Assembly: GCF_058153355.1 (NCBI RefSeq) | Contig: NZ_CM177019.1 | Reading direction: 5' to 3' (one strand) | Length of the DNA stretch: 64,000 bases | In this document: piece after piece, positions 32,247-42,677 of the stretch | Layout of the letters: each line of letters begins with the position of its first letter | Position numbering within the stretch: the first letter of the stretch is position 1 | Notes under the pieces: generated by a model | What the model saw: only the letters and a program-made list of their open reading frames with translations | Database searches by the model: none | What the model was told of the DNA's origin: nothing | Program-made: the position numbers and the translations under genes

Positions 32247-33647
32247 ATGCCACATTCCTACGATTACGATGCCATAGTAATAGGTTCCGGCCCCGGCGGC
32301 GAAGGCGCTGCAATGGGCCTGGTTAAGCAAGGTGCGCGCGTCGCAGTTATCGAGCGTTATCAAAATGTTGGCGGCGGTTGCACCCACTGGGGCACCATCC
32401 CGTCGAAAGCTCTCCGTCACGCCGTCAGCCGCATTATAGAATTTAATCAAAACCCACTTTACAGTGACCATTCCCGACTGCTCCGCTCTTCTTTTGCCGA
32501 TATCCTTAACCATGCCGATAACGTGATTAATCAACAAACGCGTATGCGTCAGGGATTTTACGAACGTAATCACTGTGAAATATTGCAGGGGAACGCTCGC
32601 TTTGTTGACGAGCATACGTTGGCGCTGGATTGCCCGGACGGCAGCGTCGAAACACTAACCGCTGAAAAATTTGTTATTGCCTGTGGTTCTCGCCCTTATC
32701 ATCCAACAGATGTTGATTTCACCCATCCACGCATTTACGACAGCGACTCAATTCTTAGCATGCACCACGAACCGCGCCATGTACTTATCTATGGTGCTGG
32801 AGTGATCGGCTGTGAATATGCGTCGATCTTCCGCGGTATGGATGTAAAAGTAGATCTGATCAATACCCGCGATCGCCTGCTGGCATTTCTCGATCAAGAG
32901 ATGTCAGATTCTCTCTCCTATCACTTCTGGAACAGTGGTGTAGTGATTCGTCACAACGAAGAGTACGAGAAGATCGAAGGCTGTGACGACGGTGTGATCA
33001 TGCATCTGAAGTCAGGTAAAAAACTGAAAGCTGACTGTCTGCTCTATGCCAACGGTCGCACCGGTAATACCGATTCGCTAGCGTTACAGAACATTGGGCT
33101 GGAAACTGACAGCCGCGGACAACTTAAAGTCAACAGCATGTACCAGACCGCACAGCCGCACGTTTACGCGGTGGGCGACGTGATTGGTTATCCGAGCCTG
33201 GCGTCGGCGGCCTATGACCAGGGGCGCATTGCCGCGCAGGCGCTGGTGAAAGGCGAAGCCACCGCACATCTGATTGAAGATATCCCTACCGGTATTTACA
33301 CCATCCCGGAAATCAGCTCTGTGGGCAAAACCGAACAGCAGCTGACCGCGATGAAAGTGCCATATGAAGTGGGCCGCGCCCAGTTCAAACATCTGGCACG
33401 CGCACAAATCGTCGGCATGAACGTGGGCACGCTGAAAATTTTGTTCCATCGGGAAACAAAAGAGATTCTGGGCATTCACTGCTTTGGCGAGCGCGCTGCC
33501 GAAATTATTCATATCGGTCAGGCGATTATGGAACAGAAAGGTGGCGGCAACACTATTGAGTACTTCGTCAACACCACCTTTAACTACCCGACGATGGCGG
33601 AAGCCTATCGGGTAGCCGCGTTAAACGGTTTAAACCGCCTGTTTTAA
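32247..33647 (+). CDS. sthA: soluble pyridine nucleotide transhydrogenase
   Basis: 466-aa flavoprotein, GSGPGG FAD motif near N-terminus. Confidence 0.96.
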
Positions 33648-34547
33648 CACTTTATCGAAATGGCCATCCATTCTTGCGCGGATGGCCTCTGCCAGCTGCT
33701 CATAGCGGCTGCGCAGCGGTGAGCCCGGACGATAAACCAGGCCAATAGTGCGGCGTGGTTCCGGCTTAATACACGGCAAATAAACAACCCCATCGCGTTT
33801 GCGCTCCGGCGGCACAGCCAGTGCAGGCAGTAAAGTGATCCCGCTACCTGCCGCCACCATGTTGCGCAGAGTTTCCAGGCTGGTCGCGCGGAAGTGTGTA
33901 TCTTCATCCGCCCCGGCTTCAAAGCAGAAACCCATTGCCTGATCGCGCAAACAGTGACCATCTTCCAGCATCAGCAGTTTTTCCCCTGCCAGATCGGCCA
34001 TCGGTACGCATTCGCGGTTCGCCCACGGGTGATCTTCATAGATAGCCAGCAGCATTGGTTCATCAAACAATGGCACTTCAATGAATGCTTCGCTCTCTTT
34101 CACCAGCGCGAGGATCACGCAATCGAGTTTGCCGCTGTCCAGTTGCGCCAGTAACTGGTGGGTCTGTGCTTCATGCAGATACATTTCCAGCTTTGGAAAG
34201 GTCTGGTGCAGCATCGGGATAATATGCGGTAACAGGTAAGGCCCAACCGTTGGAATCAAACCAATATGCAGCGGTCCGGACATCGTCTCGCCCTGCTGGC
34301 TTGCCATCTCTTTAAGGACTTTCACCTCACGCAGCACGGTACGCGCCTGATCCACCAGCAGCATTCCCGCCTGGGTGAACAACACTTTACGGCTGGTCCG
34401 CTCCAGCAACATCACGCCCAGCTCATCTTCCAGCTTACGAATTTGCCCGCTAAGCGTCGGCTGGCTAACGTGGCAGGAGTCTGCCGCACGCCGAAAATGG
34501 CGGTGTTCAGCCAATGCCACCAGGTACTCAAGATCACGAATATTCAT
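33630..34547 (-). CDS. oxyR: LysR-family hydrogen peroxide-inducible regulator OxyR (start at [12 protein letters not shown])
   Basis: 305-aa OxyR with redox cysteines; 18-bp convergent 3' overlap with sthA. Confidence 0.96.
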   Translation of the reverse strand: MNIRDLEYLVALAEHRHFRRAADSCHVSQPTLSGQIRKLEDELGVMLLERTSRKVLFTQAGMLLVDQARTVLREVKVLKEMASQQGETMSGPLHIGLIPTVGPYLLPHIIPMLHQTFPKLEMYLHEAQTHQLLAQLDSGKLDCVILALVKESEAFIEVPLFDEPMLLAIYEDHPWANRECVPMADLAGEKLLMLEDGHCLRDQAMGFCFEAGADEDTHFRATSLETLRNMVAAGSGITLLPALAVPPERKRDGVVYLPCIKPEPRRTIGLVYRPGSPLRSRYEQLAEAIRARMDGHFDKVLKQAV

Positions 34548-34642
34548 TATCCATCCTCCATCGCCACGATAGTTCATGGCGATAGGTAGCATAGCAACGA
34601 ACGATTATCCCTATCAAGCATTCTGACTGATAATTGCTCACA

Positions 34643-34751
34643 GAAACGGAGCGGCACCTCTTTTAACCCTTGAAGTCACTGCCCGTTTCGAGAGTTTCTC
34701 AACTCGAATAACTAAAGCCAACGTGAACTTTTGCGGATCCCCAGGATCCGC
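34643..34751 (+). ncRNA. oxyS: OxyS small regulatory RNA, divergent from oxyR, ending in a GC hairpin plus T8 terminator (34733-34760)
   Basis: Sequence GAAACGGAGCGGCACCTCTTTTAACCCTTGAAGTCACTGCCCGTTTCGAGAGTTTCTCAACTCGAATAACTAAAGCCAACGTGAACTTTTGCGGATC...CAGGATCCGC followed by TTTTTTTT. Confidence 0.9.
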
Positions 34752-34798
34752 TTTTTTTTATTCTACAGGCCCACAGCAAGAGAGCCTGATAGTAACAG

Positions 34799-36082
34799 TT
34801 ACTCAATCCGATCTTTGACAATAAAGAAGTAACACAGCGCCCCGGTGAACGTCACACAGGCCGCGATAACCAGCGCCAGATTAAACGAGTGCGTGGTATC
34901 CACTACCCAACCGGTTACGATCGGAGCAAAGGAAGCAAAAACAAAACTGCCAAAGTTTTGAATCCCGGCGATGGAAGCCACTTTTGTTTCTGACACCATC
35001 ACCTGCACCAGTCCCCATGCAGATGTTCCCGCGAAATGCACGCAGAACAGCGCCATTGAGATAAACGCTACAGCCTGGGCTGGCGAGGAGGATTGCACGA
35101 CCAGCAACGTGCCTAATGCCGACATCATCAAACCGCAGACAATAGCCGTTTTACGCGTCTTCGCCAGGTCGTAGCCTTTTTTCGCCAGCCGATCGACAAC
35201 AATACCGTTAACCCACATCCCGACCGCCGCCGCGAGGAAAGGAATCGCCGCCACCCAACCGGTTTTCGCCAGACTGAAGCCTTGCTCGGCTTGTAAATAA
35301 CCGGGTAACCACGCGATGTAGAGCCAACCGGTATAATTGACGCCAGAGAAACCTAAAATCATCCCCCAGGTTGTCCGATGCTTAAACAGCGCCAGCCACT
35401 CGCTAAATTGTAATTGTGGACGCGGTTTAACCGGCGCGGAGAGATAGGTCCGTTCTTCGTCGGTCAGGACAAACTGCGCCCGGTTGCGATACCACGCGTA
35501 CCAACAGATCCCAACCAGAATCCCCGCCACGCCGATGATGACGAACATTGCCCGCCAGCCCCATGCCAGCTGCATCAATACAAGAGCAGGAGGCGCAATA
35601 GCCTGACCGATAACGGTAGATGAGTTAAAAATCCCCAGCGCCGTGCCGCGTTCTTTTTGCGCATACCAGTCGGTGATCGACTTTACTCCCGCAGGCATAA
35701 ATGGCGCTTCGCCAATACCCAGACCGATACGCATTAAAATAAAGTGGCTAAAAGAATTAACCATTCCTGTTAATGCCTGCATTAATGACCAGAATATTAA
35801 GCCTGCGCCTAAAACTATTCGTGGGCCAAAGCGGTCTAGCAAAATACCGGAAGGGAGTTGTGAAAAACCATAAGACAGAGAAAATGCAGAAAGCAAAACG
35901 CCAAATTCTGTCGCCGATAATCCTAACTCGCCACGAATCGCTTCGCCTGCCACGCTCAATGACGAACGGTCGAGGAAATTAACGATCCCCGCCATAAATA
36001 ATAAAACCAGCGTTACTGTCTGAATACGACGAATCCGTTGCGGTTTATTACCCGCAACACTGGTTGACACATCAACGTCCAT
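34799..36082 (-). CDS. MFS transporter, anion:cation symporter (DgoT/ExuT-like hexuronate or sugar-acid permease) family; not present at this locus in K-12
   Basis: 427-aa ORF with 12 predicted hydrophobic segments and a good SD (AGGAGCTAAAAATG). Confidence 0.75.
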   Translation of the reverse strand: MDVDVSTSVAGNKPQRIRRIQTVTLVLLFMAGIVNFLDRSSLSVAGEAIRGELGLSATEFGVLLSAFSLSYGFSQLPSGILLDRFGPRIVLGAGLIFWSLMQALTGMVNSFSHFILMRIGLGIGEAPFMPAGVKSITDWYAQKERGTALGIFNSSTVIGQAIAPPALVLMQLAWGWRAMFVIIGVAGILVGICWYAWYRNRAQFVLTDEERTYLSAPVKPRPQLQFSEWLALFKHRTTWGMILGFSGVNYTGWLYIAWLPGYLQAEQGFSLAKTGWVAAIPFLAAAVGMWVNGIVVDRLAKKGYDLAKTRKTAIVCGLMMSALGTLLVVQSSSPAQAVAFISMALFCVHFAGTSAWGLVQVMVSETKVASIAGIQNFGSFVFASFAPIVTGWVVDTTHSFNLALVIAACVTFTGALCYFFIVKDRIE

Positions 36083-36148
36083 TTTTAGCTCCTTGAGCGG
36101 AATTAATCGATTTGCTGACTATTCAGAAAATAATTAAGCGAACCGTTA

Positions 36149-37363
36149 TTACCAGTTCCACAATGTGCCATCTTCCAGTCGTGCGACGGGGAGATACGCC
36201 GGGTCATACGGATATTTCGCCGCCAGTTTCTCATCGAAAGAAATACCCAGCCCCGGTTCATCGCCTGGGTGCATATAACCTTCATCGAAGCGCCAGCTGT
36301 GCGGGAAGACTTCAAGCATTTGTTCGGAATAGCCCATGTACTCCTGAACGCCAAAGTTTGGCACCCAGAGGTCAAAATGCAGCGCCGCCGCATGACAAAC
36401 AGGCGATAAATCTGAAGGGCCATGCGAACCGGTACGTACCTGATAAAGCGATGCAAAATCGGCAATCCGTCGCATCCCGGTAATGCCGCCTGCATGGGTA
36501 ATCGTCGTGCGAATATAGTCAATCAGCTGCTCTTCGATTAACTGCTTGCAGTCCCAGATACTGTTAAACACTTCACCGACCGCAATCGGCGTCACAGTAT
36601 GCTGGCGAATCAGACGAAAACATTCCTGGTTCTCGGCAGGCGTCGGATCTTCCATCCAGAACAGGCGGTAATCCTCAATGCTCTTCCCAAAGCGCGCCGC
36701 TTCGATAGGAGTCAGGCGATGGTGCATGTCATGCAACAGATGTTCGTTAAAACCGAACTTATTACGCACCGCTTCAAATAACTTCGGTGTAAAATCGAGA
36801 TACTTTTCTGAAGACCACAACTGCTCTTCCGGCCACAGGCCTTTGGTTGCCGGTTCATACGCCAGTCCTTTGCCCTTCGCCAGGCCATAAGTTGTTTGCA
36901 TACCCGGTACACCACACTGCACACGAATCGCCTTAAAGCCCATCTGCTGGTGCTTTGCATAGTCTTCAAGGACTTCATCAATCGTGCGCCCGGTGGTATG
37001 GCAATAAACCATCACGCCTTCACGAGAAGCCCCACCAAGCAGTTGATACAATGGCATATTTGCCGCTTTGGCTTTGATATCCCACAACGCCATATCAATG
37101 GCAGAAATGGCCGACATCGTGACGGGGCCACGTCGCCAGTAAGCACCTTTATAAAAGAATTGCCAGATATCTTCGATACGGCTGGCATCGCGGCCAATTA
37201 ATTGTGGACAAAGATGATCTTTCAGATAAGAAGCGACCGACAATTCGCGACCATTTAATGTGGCATCTCCCAATCCACAAAGTCCGCTTGCAGTGGTTAT
37301 TTTAAGCGTAACGAAATTACGTCCTGGGCAAGTAACAAAAACATCTGCAGCAATAATTTTCAT
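36149..37363 (-). CDS. enolase-superfamily sugar-acid dehydratase, D-mannonate dehydratase (ManD)/RspA family (start at [17 protein letters not shown])
   Basis: 404-aa ORF with strong resemblance to RspA/ManD-type dehydratases; SD CAGGAGATTGCAATAATG. Confidence 0.75.
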   Translation of the reverse strand: MKIIAADVFVTCPGRNFVTLKITTASGLCGLGDATLNGRELSVASYLKDHLCPQLIGRDASRIEDIWQFFYKGAYWRRGPVTMSAISAIDMALWDIKAKAANMPLYQLLGGASREGVMVYCHTTGRTIDEVLEDYAKHQQMGFKAIRVQCGVPGMQTTYGLAKGKGLAYEPATKGLWPEEQLWSSEKYLDFTPKLFEAVRNKFGFNEHLLHDMHHRLTPIEAARFGKSIEDYRLFWMEDPTPAENQECFRLIRQHTVTPIAVGEVFNSIWDCKQLIEEQLIDYIRTTITHAGGITGMRRIADFASLYQVRTGSHGPSDLSPVCHAAALHFDLWVPNFGVQEYMGYSEQMLEVFPHSWRFDEGYMHPGDEPGLGISFDEKLAAKYPYDPAYLPVARLEDGTLWNW

Positions 37364-37848
37364 TATTGCAATCTCCTGTGTTGTAAATAGACGCTTCAAA
37401 CTTAATTTTACGCCTACTACCATACAAGAGAGAAAGAGCGATTATTCAACCGTGATCACATTAAAAATAAAAATTTCCGCCGAGGAGAAAAACCCCCCTC
37501 AAAAACCACCTGAATAATTAACCATCATCGTTAAAACAACACGTTAAATAATCACATAACAAACTCCATTAATCATTAAAAATGAGCGCAGCAATAGAAA
37601 TGAATTATATTCAATTAATTAAAATATGTATTGATTGATGTATTGAAAATATGATTTTCATGGGGAGAGTGAAGGTAAAGAAGACGCAAGAATAAAAAGG
37701 AATATGACAAATAATAGTTCTGGTTGGGCGTTAAATTTAAGGTCACCAGAATGCTGACAAATTTCTGCCTGAGGCAGTCCGCCTACGTAGTGTCGCTACT
37801 TTATAGGCGTGGTAAGCTCCCCATTTTCAGGGGAGCAATATAAACCAA

Positions 37849-39222
37849 TTACTCCAACCGCGCCTGCGCAAAAGCAATCGCCTGCGCCACCTGCTGCGGG
37901 GAGACGCCGCCTTTTGCTGCACGCTTGTCGAGGCACGATTGCAGCGACAGAATCGGATAGACATCTTCGCCAATCACCTGACTGAATTTCTGCAACTCAC
38001 TGAGCGGCAGTTCTTCCAGCGGTTTGCCCTGACGAATGGCTTCCACCACCGCTTCACCCACAATATGGTGCGCCTCGCGGAACGGCACACCTTTCGCCAC
38101 CAGGTAATCCGCCAGTTCAGTGGCGTTCGCATACCCCTGCTGCGCCGCTTCCTGGCAACGCGGACGTTTCACCTGAATCCCGTCCAGCACCAGCGCCGCC
38201 ATATGCAGGCAGTCCAGCCAGGTATCGAGCGCGTCGAACAGACCTTCTTTATCTTCCTGCATATCTTTGTTATAGGCCAGCGGCAGACCTTTCAGCGTCA
38301 TCATCATGCCAGTCAACGCGCCCTGAACACGACCGCATTTACCCCGAATCAGCTCCAGCGCATCCGGGTTTTTCTTCTGCGGCATTAATGATGAACCGGA
38401 AGTAACACGATCAGAAAGCTCCACAAAACCCGCTTCGCCGGTGTTAAAGAAAATCAGATCTTCGGCAAAACGCGACAAATGCACCATACCGATAGCGGCG
38501 GCAGAAAGCAGTTCCAGCACGTGGTCGCGGTCAGAAACGCTGTCGAGACTGTTACGGGTCGCCGAGGCAAAGCCCAGCCAGCCTGCTAACTGTTCACGGT
38601 CGATTTCATAGGCCGTTCCCGCCAGTGCGCCACAGCCTAACGGGCTGACATCCAGACGCTTAAGCGCATCCTGCAAACGGCTTTCATCACGCGCCAGCAT
38701 CTCAACATAGGCCAGGCACCAGTGCGCAAACGTCACCGGCTGGGCGCGTTGCAGGTGAGTATAACCAGGCATTACCGCGTCCTGATTATTCTGCGCGGTC
38801 TCGACCAGAGCGGATTGTAACTGTCGGTTAGCCGTCAGCAACTCGCTAACGGTATCCTTGCACCACAGTTTCAGGTCAGTCGCTACCTGATCATTACGGC
38901 TACGCCCGGTATGCAATTTTTTGCCTAACTGGCCCACTTTGTCGATCAGTTTGCCTTCCACCCAGCTATGGATATCTTCGGCGTCGCTTTCAAGAATTTG
39001 TTGTGGCCTGGCGCGAACATCTTCCAGCAGCACGTTCAGCGCCTCTTCCAGTTGCGCCTGCTCTTCTGCGGTTAACACGCCGACCGTGACCAGGGCTTTG
39101 GACCAGGCCACAGAGCCAACAATATCCTGCTCCGCCAGACGGTAATCAAAGCGCAGTGAGTCGTTGAATTGTTTGAACCGTTGATCTGCTGCCTGGGTAA
39201 AACGCCCGCCCCAAAGTGCCAT
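37849..39222 (-). CDS. argH: argininosuccinate lyase
   Basis: 457-aa [37 protein letters not shown]... Confidence 0.96.
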   Translation of the reverse strand: MALWGGRFTQAADQRFKQFNDSLRFDYRLAEQDIVGSVAWSKALVTVGVLTAEEQAQLEEALNVLLEDVRARPQQILESDAEDIHSWVEGKLIDKVGQLGKKLHTGRSRNDQVATDLKLWCKDTVSELLTANRQLQSALVETAQNNQDAVMPGYTHLQRAQPVTFAHWCLAYVEMLARDESRLQDALKRLDVSPLGCGALAGTAYEIDREQLAGWLGFASATRNSLDSVSDRDHVLELLSAAAIGMVHLSRFAEDLIFFNTGEAGFVELSDRVTSGSSLMPQKKNPDALELIRGKCGRVQGALTGMMMTLKGLPLAYNKDMQEDKEGLFDALDTWLDCLHMAALVLDGIQVKRPRCQEAAQQGYANATELADYLVAKGVPFREAHHIVGEAVVEAIRQGKPLEELPLSELQKFSQVIGEDVYPILSLQSCLDKRAAKGGVSPQQVAQAIAFAQARLE

Positions 39223-39282
39223 AAATCTGTTTCCTTATTTTGAAATTCAATGCCGGAAAGCTACGTCTCCGGCTAACAAAAC

Positions 39283-40059
39283 TTAAGCTAAAATCCGCGT
39301 ACCCATCGGCATACCGTTAAACAGTGCCGGAAGTTGTTCCGCATGACGCCAGGAGGCGATATCTACCGGGCGACCCAGCGTGCGCGCAGCGTCCAGCGCC
39401 GCGTTCACTTTCACTATCATGCCGTCAGTAATAATGCCCTGCTCAATCAGTTGTTCTGCTTTCGCTGCGGTCATTTCGGCAATACGTTGTCCTTTGCCGT
39501 CGAGAATACCGCTGACATCAGAGAGCAAAATCAGATCCGCGCCCAGCGTTGCCGCCAGCGCCGTCGCCGCCTGGTCAGCATTGACGTTCATCAGTTGCCC
39601 TTCGTCCGTTACGCCAATGGAGCTGACCACTGGTAGATAACCGTTTTCCAGCAACGTGTTGATAAGCTTAGGCGAACCTGGCTGCGCCAGTCCAACATGG
39701 CCTAACTCTTCATCGAGCTGGGTCACTTTTACGCTGTCGCCGTCACCGAGAAACAAACCTACGGCTGCAATCTGATGTTTCTTCGCCCATGCCAGCAGGG
39801 TTTTATTTGCCGTTCCCGCCAGCGCTCCGGTGATAATGTCTATCTGATCCGCAGGCGTCACCCGCAGGCCGTTTTTCTTTTTCACCGGCAGATTCAGTCC
39901 TTTCATCAGCTCATCCACCACGCAGCCGCCGCCGTGGACAATCACCAGCGGACGCTGATGTGACTCGCGATAATTCACCAGGGCGCTAAACAGACGTTCC
40001 AGCGCCTCTTCACTATCCAGCAGTACGCCGCCCAGTTTGATAATTAATGGATTCATCAT
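39283..40059 (-). CDS. argB: acetylglutamate kinase (start at [11 protein letters not shown])
   Basis: 258-aa ArgB. Confidence 0.95.
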   Translation of the reverse strand: MMNPLIIKLGGVLLDSEEALERLFSALVNYRESHQRPLVIVHGGGCVVDELMKGLNLPVKKKNGLRVTPADQIDIITGALAGTANKTLLAWAKKHQIAAVGLFLGDGDSVKVTQLDEELGHVGLAQPGSPKLINTLLENGYLPVVSSIGVTDEGQLMNVNADQAATALAATLGADLILLSDVSGILDGKGQRIAEMTAAKAEQLIEQGIITDGMIVKVNAALDAARTLGRPVDIASWRHAEQLPALFNGMPMGTRILA

Positions 40060-40066
40060 TGCACCC

Positions 40067-41071
40067 CTAAATAAGAGACTGCGTTTCCGCATAGCCGAAA
40101 CGAATATTGGCGCACTGTACCGCTTGTGCTGCCGCGCCTTTCAATAAGTTGTCTTCGGTCGCCACAATAATCAGATGTTCCCCCTGAACGGCAAAACCGA
40201 TATCGCAGAACGGCAGCCCGACGACATTTTTCAGCGCCGGAACGCCTTTGTCATACAACCGTACCAGCGGTTTATGGGCATACGCCTGCTGTAACGCTTG
40301 CGCGACTTGCGCCTGGTTCACGCCAGGCTTCAGGCGGCAGGTAATGGTTTCGAGAATGCCGCGCGGGAAATTGCCCAGATGCGGGGTAAAAATAACGTCA
40401 GCACCGAGATGCGTGGCGATCTCCGGCTGGTGGCGATGGGTAAAGACACCATACGGTTGCAGGCTAACTTCACAAAAACTATTTGAAATCGCTGCCTTAC
40501 GTCCTGCTCCGCTCACACCACTGGTGGCGTTGATAACCGGCCACTGATTGAGGTCAAGAAGATCGGCATCAATCAACGGTTTCAGCGCCAATTGCGCCGC
40601 CGTCGGATAACAGCCAGGCACCGCAATTAAGTTCGCTTCTTTTAATTTATGACCGCACCACTCCGCCAGACCGTAAGCTGCCTGTTCCAACAGTTCCGGG
40701 TATTGATGGCTAAAGCCGTAATATTTTTCATAGAAGGTGGCGTCGTTAACACGAAACGCGCCGGAAAGGTCGAACACCACACAGCCCGCTTCAAGAAATT
40801 GTGGCGCTAAATCGTGACTAACTTCATGGGCAGTAGCAAGAAACACCACGTCCACCCCTGGGCTAAACTCACTGATATCCGACATCGGCTGCAACGGCAG
40901 ATCAACGATGCCTTTTAGCTGCGGATGCAAATCGGAGATTAACTTTCCCGCATCATTGCTTTGCGCTGAAACAGTCAAAGCGGTTATGTTCATATGCGGA
41001 TGGCGATTTACATAGGTCACTAGCTCTGCGCCAGCGTAACCGCTGGCACCCACAATCAGCGTATTCAACAT
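40067..41071 (-). CDS. argC: N-acetyl-gamma-glutamyl-phosphate reductase
   Basis: 334-aa [20 protein letters not shown]... Confidence 0.96.
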   Translation of the reverse strand: MLNTLIVGASGYAGAELVTYVNRHPHMNITALTVSAQSNDAGKLISDLHPQLKGIVDLPLQPMSDISEFSPGVDVVFLATAHEVSHDLAPQFLEAGCVVFDLSGAFRVNDATFYEKYYGFSHQYPELLEQAAYGLAEWCGHKLKEANLIAVPGCYPTAAQLALKPLIDADLLDLNQWPVINATSGVSGAGRKAAISNSFCEVSLQPYGVFTHRHQPEIATHLGADVIFTPHLGNFPRGILETITCRLKPGVNQAQVAQALQQAYAHKPLVRLYDKGVPALKNVVGLPFCDIGFAVQGEHLIIVATEDNLLKGAAAQAVQCANIRFGYAETQSLI

Positions 41072-41164
41072 CGGGGCTATTCACCTTCTTATGTCTGGTT
41101 GCCTGGTTAAACGTAAAACATTCACCTTACGGCTGGTGGGTTTTATTACGCTCAACGTTAGTGT

Positions 41165-41202
41165 ATTTTTATTCATAAATACTGCATGAATATTGATACT
41201 AT
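41165..41202. promoter_or_regulatory. argE/argCBH divergent control region with tandem ARG boxes (ArgR operator)
   Basis: TTATTCATAAATACTGCATGAATATTGATACT fits two adjacent ARG-box palindromes between divergent argC and argE. Confidence 0.7.
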
Positions 41203-41224
41203 CATGACCAGAGGTGTGTCAACA

Positions 41225-42376
41225 ATGAAAAACAAATTACCGCCATTTATCGAGATTTACCGTGCTCTGATTGCCACACCTTCAATAAGCGCCACGGAAG
41301 AGGCACTCGATCAAAGCAATGCAGATTTAATCACTCTACTGGCGGACTGGTTTAAAGATTTGGGCTTCAATGTGGAAGTGCAGCCCGTGCCGGGAACTCG
41401 CAACAAATTTAATATGCTAGCCAGTTGCGGACAGGGAGCTGGCGGTTTGCTGCTGGCGGGGCATACCGATACGGTGCCATTTGATGACGGCCGCTGGACG
41501 CGCGATCCGTTTACGCTGACAGAGCATGACGGCAAGCTTTACGGCTTAGGCACCGCCGACATGAAAGGCTTTTTTGCGTTTATCCTCGATGCACTACGCG
41601 ATGTCGACGTCACGAAACTGAAAAAACCGCTCTACATTCTGGCGACTGCCGATGAAGAGACCAGTATGGCAGGAGCGCGTTATTTTGCCGAAACTACCGC
41701 CCTGCGCCCGGATTGCGCCATCATTGGCGAACCGACGTCGCTGCAACCGGTACGCGCGCATAAAGGCCATATCTCGAACGCCATCCGTATTCAGGGCCAG
41801 TCGGGGCACTCCAGCGATCCAGCACGCGGAGTTAACGCGATCGAATTGATGCACGACGCCATCGGGCATATTTTGCAATTGCGCGATAATCTGAAAGAAC
41901 GTTATCACTACGAAGCATTTACCGTGCCATACCCTACGCTCAACCTCGGGCATATTCACGGTGGCGATGCATCTAACCGTATTTGCGCTTGCTGTGAGTT
42001 GCATATGGATATTCGTCCGCTGCCAGGCATGACACTCAATGAACTTAATGGTTTGCTCAACGATGCATTGTCTCCGGTGAGCGAGCGCTGGCCGGGTCGT
42101 CTGACGGTCGACGAGCTGCATCCACCGATCCCTGGCTATGAATGCCCACCGAATCATCAACTGGTTGAAGTGGTTGAGAAATTGCTCGGAGCAAAGACCG
42201 AAGTAGTGAACTACTGTACCGAAGCGCCGTTTATTCAGACGTTATGCCCGACGCTGGTGCTGGGACCTGGCTCAATTAATCAGGCTCATCAGCCTGATGA
42301 ATACCTGGAGACACGGTTTATCAAGCCCACCCGCGAACTGATCACCCAGGTGATTCACCATTTCTGCTGGCATTAA
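41225..42376 (+). CDS. argE: acetylornithine deacetylase (start at [12 protein letters not shown])
   Basis: 383-aa M20 peptidase-family ORF. Confidence 0.95.
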   Translation: MKNKLPPFIEIYRALIATPSISATEEALDQSNADLITLLADWFKDLGFNVEVQPVPGTRNKFNMLASCGQGAGGLLLAGHTDTVPFDDGRWTRDPFTLTEHDGKLYGLGTADMKGFFAFILDALRDVDVTKLKKPLYILATADEETSMAGARYFAETTALRPDCAIIGEPTSLQPVRAHKGHISNAIRIQGQSGHSSDPARGVNAIELMHDAIGHILQLRDNLKERYHYEAFTVPYPTLNLGHIHGGDASNRICACCELHMDIRPLPGMTLNELNGLLNDALSPVSERWPGRLTVDELHPPIPGYECPPNHQLVEVVEKLLGAKTEVVNYCTEAPFIQTLCPTLVLGPGSINQAHQPDEYLETRFIKPTRELITQVIHHFCWH

Positions 42377-42379
42377 AAC

Positions 42380-42430
42380 GTAGGCCAAACAATGTCGGAT
42401 GCGATGCTTGCGCATCTTATCCGACCTACA
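42380..42430. repeat. REP (repetitive extragenic palindromic) element downstream of argE
   Basis: GTAGGCCAAACAATGTCGGATGCGATGCTTGCGCATCTTATCCGACCTACA palindromic unit. Confidence 0.7.
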
Positions 42431-42677
42431 CCTTTGGTGTTACTCGAGGCGATTTTTTAACATTTCCATAAGTTACGCTTATTTAAAGCGTCGTGAATTT
42501 AATGGCGTAAATTCCTGCTATTTATTCGTTTGCTGAAGCGATTTCGCAGCATTTGACGTCATCGCTTTTACGTGGCTTTATAAAAGACGACGAAAAGCAA
42601 AGCCCGAGCATATTCGCGCCAATGCGACGTGAAGGATACAGGGCTATCAAACGATAAGATGGGGTGTCTGGGGTAAT

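Noticed and set aside
33630-33647. 18-bp convergent overlap of sthA and oxyR 3' ends (and a similar 14-bp yijO/frwD overlap at 48233-48246)
   Set aside because: Same arrangement as in the K-12 reference; noted as compact native gene packing rather than anything novel.
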